A stretch of 64,000 bases of DNA from the human T2T-CHM13v2.0 reference genome, Homo sapiens: assembly GCA_009914755.4 (NCBI GenBank), contig CP068257.2, forward strand, positions 16,768,001 through 16,832,000, read 5' to 3'. The position numbers were made by a program, and so were the translations under genes. Positions 30,132 to 45,245 of this stretch are shown piece by piece; positions within the stretch are counted from its first letter, which is position 1, and the number at the start of each line of letters is the position of its first letter. A model generated the notes under the pieces. The model saw only the letters and a program-made list of their open reading frames with translations. It made no database searches and was not told the DNA's origin.

Positions 30132-31728
30132 ATTATTAATTTCTTTCTAGATCATCTCTTATACCAGAAAATGGTAAAATTAAAAGACATCTTTTTTAAA
30201 AATGTTAAGGAACAGTAATTAATATTGTTTCATATTTGTATGGTGCTTTATACTCTCTATCACAAATACCGTCTCATCATTTCACAGTAAGAATAACTGC
30301 CAGCACCATAAGCTATACCTGGCCCTGAGTCACAGTAGGAAAATCAGCAGCAACAAATACCTGATAACAAACAATAATCTATTTTAATTATATGCAAAGT
30401 GTATATGCTTGTATGTACTTATTTATTGTGAAAATTATGAATCAGAAAACTTTTCTGTTAGACATGACTGTATATCAATTTATGTAGATTTAATTAATGA
30501 CTTCAAATAATTATAAAATAATGCTTTAATGCTAAACGTTGTAGAACATTCTTTTGTTTTCCATAAAATCATGAAGCCCAGTAGTCTACATGATTTTCTT
30601 CGAAATCTTTTAATTAATCAGGGCTCTGAATTCTTTCTTATAAATCTTCTTTCTTATAGTTAAAAATGTTGAAAACAATCAACTCTAAAAGTCAATTCTC
30701 TCTTTATAGTCAGTTCCTGATAATGTCTCCCAAATGATCCTCAGAAATTACTGCTGGCCATTTGAGGTTTACACATATTCATCTCTGTATTTGCTTTTAC
30801 AAACTTACCCATGGAAAATGATCTTTTTGTTATAATGCTTTGCATTGAAGTAGTTCATTATATTTAAAAATTTCAATTAATTTTGCTAATACCTCATGTT
30901 GAAGGAGCAAGAATTTCTATGATCATATAATTGATGGAAAAACTGTAGCACAGAGAGTTTAAAAGATTTACCCAGAGATATTCATCAAGATAACAGTTTA
31001 GTTGATGATAACAATGCAGAATAACCTATTTTTAAGCAGTTTTTATTCTTTACTCAAAGTAGTCTTTTCTAAGTATATAAAGAAGTTTTGAATGAATTAT
31101 AAAAGTAATGAATTTTTTAAACATACAACATTTAAGTATTATGGTCATCAGAATATAAAATATATAGCACAGAACTTTTATACTAACTGCATTATTTTTC
31201 CAATTCAAATAGCATTGGTCATCGTGTTTTATAGAAATAGGGTTTTGAATGTGGGAGTGTTATCTCTTGACACTAGACAGTAGAATTTACAAAAGCATTG
31301 TGATGAAAGTGACAAGAATCAATAATGGGAAGGAGAGGTATAAATTAAATTGGATTTATGGATGGAAAAAAAAGAGACTAGTTAGATTTAGAGGCAGAAA
31401 ATTACAGCACAAAGAGAGACTAGATACCATCTTTAAAGCTCTTATTGAAATGTAAAATATTTTTAGTAGATAGCAGTGTAACCCAGTTCAGAGAGATTTA
31501 TCGAAAGCTAGAAATCACTTGAGAACAGAAAGCAGAGATCTTAGATAATGACTTCAAAGGCACAAAATGTTTTCATGAGGGAAACTTGTAAAGGTTGTGG
31601 GGTTGTTGTGGATAAGTTTTATAATTACACAGTACCATGGGACCATAGATGACTAGGCAAAATTCTCAAGGAAAGTTGTAGACACATTTTACCTATGTGG
31701 AACTCACACAGAAGAAAACTGTAGTGAT

Positions 31729-32166
<438 letters not shown>

Positions 32167-32621
32167 TCAGAATCTTAGTCATATGTGATGATCAGGATGA
32201 ATTGTAGGATCATATGGCTTATTTTTCATATTTATTATCCCATGCTATAAGTAGCACCTATTTTCAAGGTTTGAAATTCTTATAAGCTACTCAATTTAAA
32301 AAAAATCAGAAAATATTCATTGATTTTGTGTACTTTTGAATAATTGTGTATTTAACAAATGGTTTGCTAAATTCTTGTCATGACCTGTTCATGTAAATAA
32401 ATTCTTATCATGACCTATTTATATAATTGACATTCATTGTAGTATCTTTTATAACATTCTTTAAAGGTCTGATTTAAAAGAAAATTAGTGTAATATAGTG
32501 ATTGTTAATAATATAGTTGTTGGACTTTTTCTGCTTAAAGTATAATTACTTCGATGTTACAGAATGATCAACCTACTAACAGCAATTGTTTAGATGAGCT
32601 ATTTGAACAATTGAACAATCA

Positions 32622-33637
<1,016 letters not shown>

Positions 33638-34841
33638 CCAGGACACATTATTTTAAAGAATCTCTGATGATCAAAGTTGTTCCTTAGTTTAACGTAATCT
33701 CCTACTCATTCCTCCTCTTCTTTCATTGCTACTTTACTATAACTGTCCTTTGTGTTGTTAAAATTCCTATCTTTCCAATAATACTGTTTTACTTTAACAT
33801 CAATGAATTGTTTTTTCTTAGTTACCTTGAGTCTTATTTTGATTAATTTTATTTAAAAATATCCTGTATTTCATCTGCTCTCTCCATCAGATATGGCTGT
33901 TTCCTAAGAACGATGTTTATCCTACTTTGCTCATTATTAGCTTTTGGCATGGATGGGCTTGACGTATTTGCTAGCAGATTATCTACTATAAGTAATAAAA
34001 CATTCTGGCACCACATTGCTATTTGTGTAAACCAGACAAATGTTTTCTGTACTTTTTTCTCCTTACATATATTTTTCATTCACTCTTGCAAACTTTTGCT
34101 CCAAATATAAGTTAAGCTATAAAGTAGTTATTTATATTTTTAAATAAATTATTCAAAGTAATCAATGCTAGGTTTTCCTTAATGATACACAACTTCCTAG
34201 ATGTTCTTAGGAGAAAAAACTCCCTTGCATCACACAAAGCCAAAATATTGCTACCTTGAATATCACATTTCTTATCCCGGTAAGTTTGGGACAGTTTATC
34301 TGGCTCTCTCAAGGACATCCAGCTAGTTGATCAGAGTTCAAATACTGCTCTGTTTATTTTGTTATACAGATATTCCATGGTAATTTCTTCCAAGCTTAGA
34401 TAAAATATTTCCTCAAACTTTTATTATGATGATTTCATTCTAGGGTTAATGCAGTGTTCTGAAAGAATAAAATCAGTTTTGAAATGAAGTATATTTTAAT
34501 ACGATTCTGACGTATCAATTCTATTTGGCCTGAAAAAATCAGTTCGGGGTACCATACATAGAGTTAATCACCAAAGGTATTAGGAAGTGATTACTGGATA
34601 GATTAAGAACAGGTGATGGGATGTAGGTTAATTAGAATTAAGTTCAAATATACCTTGAATTAAGTTCAAATATACTGACCCATCTTCCTCCCCAACCTCC
34701 AACTATCCATGGACACTTTGCATGTGTATATTTACAAATTACAAAGAAATTGGCAAACTAGCCCCGATTAAATAGTGCAGAGAAACAAGAGATGAGGAAA
34801 AACGGCAGGGAAGCTACGAAAAGAAAAAATAAAATAAATAA

Positions 34842-35840
34842 AAGATGGCAGAATAGAAGCAGCTCAGGTGTGCTGCTCTCGTAGAGAACAGAGGGGCTGG
34901 TGAACACTGACTCTGCAGGCCGATCGGCTGAGAAACCATGCTGGGATCAATTAAGGCAGCAGGGGACACAGAAAGCAGGGAAGAGTGAAGCTGGCACCAG
35001 CCTGTCTGGGTTCAGCATGGAGCCAGGAGAACCTCTCCAACACAGGAAACTGAATGAGTGACAGCCCCTTGGGACACTCACGCTCTCCACAGGGACCTGT
35101 GTAAAACTGAATGAGAGAATCCTCCTGGCATCCCCGGTCTCCCCACTGCACTTCTAGACTGAGGCAGAAAGTCAACTGGACATATTGCCGGGACAACTCT
35201 TGATTCCAAGGGAACCTCTACAAGCCTTGTGCCCTGGAGCAGACCAGCACTGGTGCCATAGCCCCAGTGGAGGCCACAGTTGTGGTGCCAACAATAAGAT
35301 TGCTCCACCTCACCTTGCTAGACAAGGCTCAGTGCCAGCTACTGGCCCAATAGTCCCACTTCTGTCCGAACTCAGCCAGTGGCTGCAGCCTCCTCTTGTT
35401 CCAGGAAACACCTGAATGGCAGAGCTGGCAACCTCACCCTCTGACACCGGTAGACAAGCAGGCAATGCTTTCTAGAGCTTCCAGCTAGCAGTACCGCTTT
35501 TGTGTGAACTCAGCCAGAGGGTGCAGCTTCCTGTTGTGGCGGGAAGCACCTGCACAGCAAAGCAGGCAACTGAACCCACTCCTGCCACTGGTAGCCAGGT
35601 GGGCAATTCCTGCTAGAGCTTCTGGCCAAGTGGTCCTGCTTCTGTTTGAACTTGGCTGGCAGGCACAGCCTCCTCTTATTGCTAGAAACATCCGGATGGC
35701 AGGGTGGGTGAATCCACTCACAGCACACTCCCCGCCCCTTGTAACCAGGCAAGTCACACCTGCTAGGGCTTCCAGCCTCGTAGTCCTACTTCAGCCTGAA
35801 TTTGCCAAGGGTTGCAGCAGCCTGTTGCCCCAGAAACACC
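34842..35840 (+). mobile_element. L1 5'UTR of an older L1PA/L1PB-type element, with ~4 tandem ~135-bp units at 35290-35830
   Basis: Starts aagatggcagaatagaagcagctc (L1 consensus aagatggccgaataggaacagctcc). Then a tandemly repeated unit (...ctgtccgaactcagccagtggctgcagcctcctcttgttccaggaaacacctgaatggcagagctggcaacc... four times with variation). Confidence 0.6.
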
Positions 35841-36295
35841 CAGCAGCACTATTCACAATAGCAAAGATACGGAATCAACCTAAATGCCCATTAACGGAAG
35901 ACTGGATAAAGAAAATGTTGTATATGTACATCACGGAATACTACATAACCATAAAAAAGGATTATTTCGTGTCCTTTACAGGGACATGGTTGAAGCTGGA
36001 AACCATCATTCTCTGCAAACTGTCACAAGGACAGAAAACCAAACACCGCATGTTCTCACTCATAAGTGGGAGTTGGACAATTAGAACACATGGACACAGG
36101 GAGGGGAACATCCCACACTGGGGCCTGTTGGGGGATGGGGGTGCTGGGGGAGGGATAGCATTAAGAGAAATTCCTAATGTAGATGACGGGTTGATGGGTG
36201 CAGCAAACCACCATGGCACATGTATACCTATGTAAGAAATCTGCACGTTGTGCACATGTACCCTAGAACTTAAAGTATAAAAATTAAAAAAAAAT
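35841..36295 (+). mobile_element. L1PA 3' end (last ~130 codons of ORF2, 3'UTR and poly-A) fused directly to the 5'UTR above, i.e. an internally deleted L1
   Basis: agcagcactattcacaatagcaaagatacggaatcaacctaaatgcccattaacggaagactggataaagaaaatg...catgtaccctagaacttaaagtataaaaattaaaaaaaaa. The ORF 35504-36235 is a chimera of 5'UTR repeats and the ORF2 tail. Confidence 0.8.
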
Positions 36296-36593
36296 CAGGA
36301 TAGTGAGCATTCCCATCACCTCAAACATGTGTCATTTCTTTTTGGTGAGAACATTCAAAACTTTCTCTTTTAGTTATTTTGAAATACTATACAATATATT
36401 ATTATTAACTATAATCACCCTACTGTGCAATGGAACGCCAGAACATTTTCCTCCTATTTAACTGTAACTTTGTTGACCAACTTCTCCCAGTCTCCCCCTT
36501 ACCTCCTCTCCTTCCAAACCTCTGATAATCACTATTCTACTCTCTCCCTCCATGAGATAAACTTTCTGAAATTCCACATGAGTGAGACAACAA

Positions 36594-36684
36594 AATTAGC
36601 TTGGTGCAAAGTAGTTGCGGTTTTTGCCATTAAGAGTGGCAAAACTTTTAGTGGCAAAAATGGTAAATAGTTTTGCAACAAGCT
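36594..36684. mobile_element. MADE1-like MITE (Hsmar1 mariner-derived, ~80-90 bp palindromic element)
   Basis: ttagcttggtgcaaagtagttgcggtttttgccattaagagtggcaaaacttttagtggcaaaaatggtaaatagttttgcaacaagctaa matches the MADE1 consensus ttaggttggtgcaaaagtaattgcggtttttgccattaaaagtaatggcaaaaaccgcaattacttttgcaccaacctaa. Confidence 0.8.
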
Positions 36685-36689
36685 AATGT

Positions 36690-37236
<547 letters not shown>

Positions 37237-38807
37237 ACATCAAAAAGATCACTCACCATGATCTAGTGGGATTCACCTAAGGGATGCCACAATGTTTCAA
37301 CAGACACAAATAAAACAATTAGATACATCACATTAACAAAATGTAGAAAATAAGTGGGATCATTTTATTAGATGCTAAAAAAGCGTTTGGTAAAACCCAA
37401 CATTCTTTTATGATAAAACCTGCCAACAAACTGGAGGTAGAAGACTATGCCTCAAAATCATAAAGGGCATATATATCAAACCCATAGCTAGCATAATACT
37501 GGACAAGGAACTATTGAAAGCCTTTTCTCTAAAATATGCAACAAGACAAGGATGCCCACTTTCTCCACTTGTATTCAAAATAATACTGGAATTACTGGCC
37601 AGAGCCATCAGGCAAGAGAAAGAAATAAAGGGCATCCAAATTGGAAAGGAAAAAGTCAAATTAGCCCTGTTTTCAAACCACATGATCTTATACTTAGCAA
37701 AACCTCAAGACTCAACCAAACCACTGTTAGAAGTGATAAGCAAATTCAATAAAGTTGTAGAATACAAAATCAACATACAAAAATCAGTAGCATTTATATA
37801 TGCCAGCAGCAAACGATCTGAAAAAAATTAAGAAGATAATCCCATTTATAATAGCCACAAGTAATATAAAATATCTAGGAATCAATTTAACCAAAGAAGC
37901 AAAAGCAATATACAAGGAAAACTATAAAACACTAATGAAAGAAATTGAAGAGGACACAAATCAAAAGATAGTCCATGTTCATGAATTGGAATAATTAATT
38001 CTGTAAAAATAACAATACTACTCAAAGCAATACACAGATTCAATGCAATCCCTATCAAAATACCAAGAAAGTTCTTCACAGAAATAGAAAAAAATGCTAA
38101 ATTTATACGGAACCACAAAAGACCTCAAATAGCCAAAGCAATTCCAAGCAAAAAGAACAAAGCTAGAAGCAACATACTACCTGACTTTAAAATATACTAC
38201 AAAGCTATAGTAACCAAATAAGCATGGTACTTGCATAAAAACAGATACATAGATCAATAGAACAGAATACGGAACCCCAAAATGCATTTACAGCCCACTG
38301 ATTTTCAACAGGCACGGAAAACACACATTAAGGAAAAAGACAGCCTCTTCAATAAAGTTGCTCTGGAAAAGCTGAATATCCACATGTCGAAGAATAAAAC
38401 TAAACTTCTATCTCTCATCAGTTGCAAAATCAGCTGAAAATGAATTGAAGACCTCAAAGTAGGACCAAAACTGCTAGAGAAAAACAGGGGGAAAGCTCCA
38501 TGACATTGGTTTAGGCAATGTTTGTTTGTTTGTTTTTTATATAACCCCAAAAAACATAGGCAACAAATATAGACAAATGAGATTACTTCAAACTACAAAG
38601 CTTCTGGACAGTAAAGGAAATAAGCAAGAGTGAAGACACAACTTACAGAACAGGATAAACTATTTGCAATCTGTACAACTCTCTAGGGGTTAATATACAG
38701 CATATATAAGCAACTCAAATAACATAATAGCAAAATAACAAATAATTAATAATTAAAATATGGGCAGAATATCTGAATAGACATTTCTCAAAAGAAGACA
38801 TACAAAT

Positions 38808-39106
<299 letters not shown>

Positions 39107-39155
39107 GACATACAAATGACAAACAAGTATATTAAAAATGGTCAACATAACTAAA

Positions 39156-39527
39156 TGATATGGTTTGGCTGTGTCCCCACCCAAATTTCATCTTGAACTG
39201 TAGTTCTGATAATGCCCACATGTTTGGGAGGGACTTGGTGGGAAGTAATTGAGTCATGAAGGCAGTTACCTCCATGCTCTTCTGTTGACAGTGAGTGAGT
39301 TCTTATGAGATCTCATAGTTTTATAGGGGCTTTTTCCCTCCTTCATTCTGCACTTGTCTCTTGCTTGTTGCCATGTAAGATGTGGCTTTGCTCTTCCTTT
39401 GTCTTCTGCAATGATCGTGAGGCCTCCCTAGCCTTGTTAAAGTGTGAGTTCGTTAAGCCTCTTTTTTTCATAAATTAGCTAATGTAGAGTAGGTCTTTAG
39501 TAGCAGCATGAGAACAGACTAGTACAC
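39156..39527 (+). mobile_element. THE1/MST-type MaLR solo LTR nested in L1M, 5-bp TSD ctaa(a/t)
   Basis: tgatatggtttggctgtgtccccacccaaatttcatcttgaactgtag...aagcctctttttttcataaattagctaatgtagagtaggtctttagtagcagcatgagaacagactagtaca. The flanks are ctaaa | ctaat. Confidence 0.85.
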
Positions 39528-41504
39528 TAATCATCAGAGATAAGTAAATCAAAACCACAATGAGATATCACTTCACCCCTGTTAGAATGTCTGTTTTCAA
39601 AAAGATAAAAAGGAAATGCTGGTGAGGATGTGGAGAATGAGAATTCTTATACACTCTTGGTGAGAATGCAAATTAGTACAGCCATTATAAACAGTAGTAT
39701 AAAGGTTCTTCAAAAAATTAAAAATATAAATACCATATGATCCAGTAATACCAATAAACGTATATCCAAAGGAAATTAAATCAGTATGTTGAAGAGGTAT
39801 CTACATTTCTATGTTTATTGAAACTGTTTTATTAATAAAGTCACCACAGTGATCTACATACATTTGGTTTTCTGAGAATGTGTTGAGAATACTGGTTATG
39901 CATCAAACAAATGGATTATGACATTGTGTCTAATTGATGTTACAAATCAATACAATTTACTAAAGAAGAGTCACTAAGAATGCAGACTCTGGAGTGAGAT
40001 TTCTTTAGTTTATAGCTAAATATATTTAATATCCATGAGCTTTGGGAACATGGGCTAACTAAGGAAACTTTCTTCACATTTCTTCTACCTTTAAAGTGGA
40101 AATAATTATAAGATATTCCTCATGGGGCTGTTATAATGACCGAATCTGACAATAGATGAAACACACTATAAAGATGCATACCATATTTTGAAAAATCAGT
40201 AAATTTTAATCATTTCCTTTTATTTAGTTGGATTTTTTAAAATAGAAATATTCTAAGCACAGAGTGTATGAAACTTGAATTTATTACTCTATGGCCTATC
40301 ATGGAAACAGTGTTGTTATATGATACATTTATATAATTTTAAATATCATATCATACTGTGGTCCTACTCTAATATTCAAATCTCATAAACTATCATTTTT
40401 GTAGTTGTTTCACATTTTTAATTTAGAAACATCAAGGACTATTGCTTTGATGAGCTATTATATATTGCTTTTCTGTTAGGCTTAGTAAGCAAATATAATA
40501 CTTCAGTAAAAATAATGATAAACTATTTCTTTCAATGATTTGAAAGTTGCCTGATATTTTGAGATAAAGTCTAGTATATCTTTTTTTGAAACAGACAAAC
40601 TGGGTCTTAAAATAAATCAGAACAATTATGCTGTTTATATTGGTGAGTTACATGAATCCACTTAGTAAATAATGAACAGATGTTCTACTAATCAAACTAT
40701 ACAGACACAATTTGCTTTTCTGACCTAAAGGCCATACCCAAGAAAAGCTGTTGCTCATTTTGTTCTTTCACTTGGGAAAAGGAAGGGAGAAATTTAATAT
40801 TTCTCAAATGAATTGTGATCTTATTCCAGGAGCTTTTGAAAATGTAGCATTATATACAATATAGAATTTCTATATAAAATACAGAATATGACAATTCACA
40901 AAAACCCACCTTGCACATATTCAATCGTATCTAATGCATATAGTATGCTGTGAGATGGTGATCTTAAGTTTATTTCATAGATAGAGAGGAACCCAGAGTT
41001 GAAGTTACATGTCAAGGTGGTACATGTGTCTTCTGACTTCAGAACCACTAGTGTGTGTTCTCCCAACAAGCAGGAAAACAGAAAGTGCCTTCCTATTCTC
41101 TTTTTTAAATTGTGTAACTTAAGGATTAACATTCCTGAGTTTAATATCCAATGCTATTACTTACTGGTTATGTAACTTTGGTTAGAATATTGAACTTTTA
41201 TGTTCCTCTGTAAGATGGGATACTAATTGAACCTCCTTCTGTAGGCATTTGTGACTGCCTATGAGCTAAATCATGTACAGTGTTTAGACGAGACCCCAGT
41301 ACAATTAGCAGTCAGTACCTACCACATCTTATTATTATCATTTCCTTTTTGAAACCAAACTGTCAAAATTGTGAGTATCTTGGCAATGGAAAATTTTCAG
41401 CTCTTCACAGTCATCCTTGAATCACTCTCAGACCATTTCACTAGGGCCTAATGGGAAATGTTCTTTTTCTGAGGTGACTCAGTAAACTCATGAATCTTTC
41501 CCTC

Positions 41505-41548
41505 AAACACACACACACACACACGCACACACACACACACACACACCT
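41505..41548. repeat. (CA)n dinucleotide microsatellite (~22 units, one G interruption)
   Basis: acacacacacacacgcacacacacacacacacacacc read directly. Confidence 0.9.
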
Positions 41549-43504
41549 ATATAAAATGGAAGAATAGCCTTTCAATTAGAAAACACATAAAAAAGAAGAT
41601 ACAAAGAAAATATATGTAGCACTTATGAGATTAAGCCCAGTTTTTCATTAAAACATCTGCTCTTCAAGTTTCCATCCCTTGGCTCTCACTTAAGTATTTT
41701 ATTTTCAACTTATGGAAGCAATTACTTGAATGCAAACTCCAGGGAAGTAAATGGCCGCAGCATATAGCTCATTCAATGTACATTTTTGCATTATCTTATA
41801 TACAAGGCAAATTAGTTTTCAGGTTAGTAAAAATAATCTTAACTTCATATTTTTATTGCTTGTGGGAATTATTCCAGATGAAGTAGCATGCAAATTTCAT
41901 TGTTTTACATGTTTTTTTTTCTAGCATATATTTCATCTGGGGTTGCATAATGGAAAGATCTATTTTTTTCTAAAACCTTTTGTCGTAGTTTGAAAGGATC
42001 AACGGCTCCTCCCTGTGATTCAGTTTCACATGGCGATTTCCTATGAGCCCTGAAAACGTGGAACCTCAATGCATTTGTTTCTGCTTAAGAATTATAAATC
42101 TTCTTACTCTATTCTGTGATTATACCATCCCTTGACAATGGTTTTGCTAAAAGATTTTCAAAAGCCGAGTTCTGGGAGTAGAAGGAGGTTCAACTTTGAA
42201 TGCTATTTTCTGATCAATTGGAGCTTCTTAATCCTCTTCCTTTACTGGACTGTGCTCTGGTAAATAGCTGTCAGCAAGGGAAGGAGTTCAATACCTGTGG
42301 GCCATGACCCACTTAAAGGCTTCTTCTTTTGGGAAAAAAATCCAAGACAGCCTTAAATGTCAGTATTCTTCTGGAATGCCCTTGTGTCAGCTTCAGGGGT
42401 TCAATTGCCATGCGTATCTATAAATTCCAGCCTTTTCAAATAAAATACTGGAAGTTATTACATCTGTCAGGTGAAGCAGAGGTAAATGCAAGCCTTGAAT
42501 ATAAAGATTTGATTCATATATACACCGTCAACAATAAGAAAGCCAGAGAGGCCTTCTAGTATTTGGACATACATGATACATTCTTCAGTTGTGTATGATA
42601 TTCATTAAAAATTCGCTGATTATTCTTATCCTACCCATTTTAAGATAATCCACAATTAATCACTGGCCAAGCATTACAATGCAATGTTCTATCAAATTTA
42701 TGCAAAAGATTCTCTTTTTTTTTTAAAATACACTGAATCCTCCCTTTTTATTTCAGATGTGGTGTTTTGTTAAGGATTTTATTGTAATACAGTTCTTCAG
42801 TTCCCTGAAAGTTTAGATATATGTAAAAACTCATTTCTTAATAAAAAGCCCATCATAAACATGAAAAGGGTAAAATGACATAATGTGACAAATGTTGCTA
42901 TTAGCTTATCTGTTGTTATGGAATTATTTTTACTGTACACAGTTCACCAAAAAATAAAAAACTGTCAAAAAGCTACTGAACTAAATGTCTGTTTTTATTT
43001 TAGTGAATTGATCATAGATTTGTCTGCCCTTTTTTTTTTGAGTTGTTAATCAAATATAAAAACCAGTCACGATTTTGTGCAAAACTACAAATACATGCAG
43101 TTTTAAAATGTAGAGACACTGAAAATAAAAGCCAATTTACTTCTCAGGAGGGATAAATCTTGGTTTCAGCAACAAGAAGCATTGAGGTGTTTAAGCTGCT
43201 TTGGGGACAGCATTATAGAAGGGCAGAAGAGCCCTGTGTGCTTACATGAGCTCTGGTTTGTCTTTCTCTCTACAATTTTCTGCAATTACAAAATATATTT
43301 TGAGAAGAGCTTATGCTTTTTTGGACAGCTAACATGTTTCACTTGTTATTAAATTTACTTTTTCTCTCTTCTACTCTGTTTTCTATACTTTCCTGGTGGA
43401 AAAGGTTCAGTTTTTGTATGACTGTCCAAGATGAAAACAGAAGATACTACACATTTTTGACTCAGTGAGTTTAGAGCCAAAGATGATTGTCAATCAATGT
43501 CAAA

Positions 43505-43610
43505 GTTCACAGTCATGGCATGCATAAGACATGCATGACATGCATGCATAATTTTATGCATGCATAATTTTATGTATGCAAATGCAAACTTATGCATGCA
43601 TAATTTTATT
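43505..43610. repeat. Minisatellite-like tandem repeat of the unit atgcatgcataatttt(at)
   Basis: catgcatgacatgcatgcataattttatgcatgcataattttatgtatgcaaatgcaaacttatgcatgcataattttat read directly. Confidence 0.75.
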
Positions 43611-44025
43611 TTCTCATTGTGATTCTTGCTTCCAGTTGATGTGGTTCAATTCAAAAAAAGATTCATTATGATTTTACTCGAGATCAATAGCTACATCCGA
43701 ATTTTTTGGAAATCAATGCAGGACTGAGAAACTACTTTCCACATTGTGTTCTCGGGGAGATATTAGCTAGTGGCAGGTGAGCTTATGTTTATGTGATGGC
43801 ACCTGAGAGTACATAGAGGTTGGATATGTTAGTAACATATTTAAGGCATACTCAAAACTTAGGGATTCCTTGAGTCTATAATTTCATAAGCATGGTTTGT
43901 TAAAATTAGCACCACAAAGGTTTAAGGAATAAAAACAACTTTCTCAAGTTATTTTTTACTTATAACTCAATGTATACACACACATAAGCAAACACACAAA
44001 GCAAACATAATGTAATATTAAAATT

Positions 44026-44306
44026 AGGCTGGGTATGGCAGCTCACGCCTGTAATCCCAGCACTTTGGGAGGCCGAGGTGGGCTGACATATTCAGCCCAA
44101 CAGCTCTAGACCAGCCTACGCAACATGGCGAAACCATGTCTCTACAAAAAATAAAAAAATAATATCCGGGCATGGTGGTGGGCACCTGTGGTCCCAGCTA
44201 CTTGAGAGGCTGAGGTGGGAGAATCACCGGAGCCCTGGATGGGATGTTGAGGCTGAAGTGAGCTGTGACAGCATCAGTACACTCCAGCCTGTCTCAAGAA
44301 AAACAA
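44026..44306 (+). mobile_element. Alu (older, AluJ/S-like), plus orientation
   Basis: ggctgggtatggcagctcacgcctgtaatcccagcactttgggaggccgaggtgggc...ccgggcatggtggtgggcacctgtggtcccagctacttgagaggctgaggtgggagaatcacc. Confidence 0.8.
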
Positions 44307-44407
44307 AGAGATTCAATACAATATTTTGAACTGGAATGTTACAAACTGAATAGGAATATGGATAAAGATGAACTAATCGATGACAATTTCAATATGAGCC
44401 AATAGAA

Positions 44408-44990
44408 ATCATTTTATTTATTTAACAGCTTTATTGAGTTACAATTAATATAGAAAAACTGCACATATTTAATGTGTGCAATTTGATGAGTTTGGACGAA
44501 GGTAAATATCTGTGGTAACATTATCAAAACCAAGGTAATAGGCATATCCAACATCTCTCAAAATTTCCTTGTGTCCCTTTTATTGTTTTTGTAGTATGAA
44601 CGTGCAACATAAGATCTACCATCTTAACAAAGTTTGAAGTGCACAATACTGCATTTTAACTATAAGGACTGTTATACAGCATATTTCTAGAGCTTACTCA
44701 TCTAGCACAACTGAAACTTTATATCTTTTGAACAACTGCCACAGTTTATAAACAACCCCACATTTTTAATTTTGCAATGTCACATGTCAATCCCTTTAAA
44801 AGATTTTTTTGTATTGATGTGTCAGTTTTGTTGTCTTCCCTCTAAGTTGAAAACTACCAGCCTCTAATTTAAATCCAGGCATCTGGATCTCTCAAAAATC
44901 TCACAAAATAAATCTGATTATATTTCCATGAAGGCCCTCCAGATACTCATAAACACGTGTCATGCTCTCCACCCCATATCTCTGCTTTTC
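44408..44990 (-). mobile_element. Old L1 (L1MC/MD-like) 3' end, antisense
   Basis: ttaacagctttattgagttacaattaatatagaaaaactgcacatatttaatgtgtgcaatttgatgagtttggacgaaggtaaatatc...atccaacatc... matches the reverse complement of L1MC/D 3' termini (ttaacagctttattgaggtataattgacatacaataaactgcacatatttaaagtgtacaatttgatgagttttgacatatgtatacacccatgaaaccatcaccacaatcaag). Confidence 0.7.
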
Positions 44991-44995
44991 TAATG

Positions 44996-45245
44996 TATTA
45001 GTCAGTGTTCTCCAGAGAAACAGAACCAATAGAATGTGTGTATGTGTGCACATGCATGCACATGTGCATATACACACATATATACAGAAACATATTTATT
45101 TTAAGGCTTGCCTGATTATGGAAGCTGGCAAATACAAAATCTGCAGGGTACACTGGCAGCCTGGAGAGTCAATGATGCAGTTCACATCTAAAGGCCATCA
45201 AGACTGGAGATTTAGAGACGAGCTTATTTTGCAGTTTATGCAGCT
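44996..45245 (+). mobile_element. MLT2-family ERVL LTR, 5' half only (truncated by the L1 fragment that follows)
   Basis: tattagtcagtgttctccagagaaacagaaccaatagaatgtgtgtatgtg...atttattttaaggcttgcctgattatggaagctggcaaatacaaaatctgcagggtacactggcagcctggagagtcaatgatgcagttcacatctaaaggc matches the MLT2 consensus (tgtagtcagggttctccagagaaacagaaccaatagg...gattgtggaggctggcaagtccaaaatctgcagggtaggctggcaggctggagacccagg). Confidence 0.75.

Noticed and set aside
32340-32430. Local tandem duplication taaattcttgtcatgacctgttcatgtaaa / taaattcttatcatgacctatttatataa
   Set aside because: It is a single ~30-bp duplication with no further structure. It is noted but not considered significant.
35290-35830. Regularly spaced ~135-bp direct repeats that could superficially resemble a repeat-spacer array
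   Set aside because: The units are long and ~80-90% similar with no unique spacers. They are the tandem repeats of an old L1 5'UTR in primate DNA, not a CRISPR array.
35504-36235. 243-aa ORF
   Set aside because: It is a chimera of L1 5'UTR tandem repeats (which give the repetitive Ala/Pro/Leu-rich N-terminus) and the L1 ORF2 C-terminal tail (ALFTIAKIRNQPKCP...). It is not a host gene.
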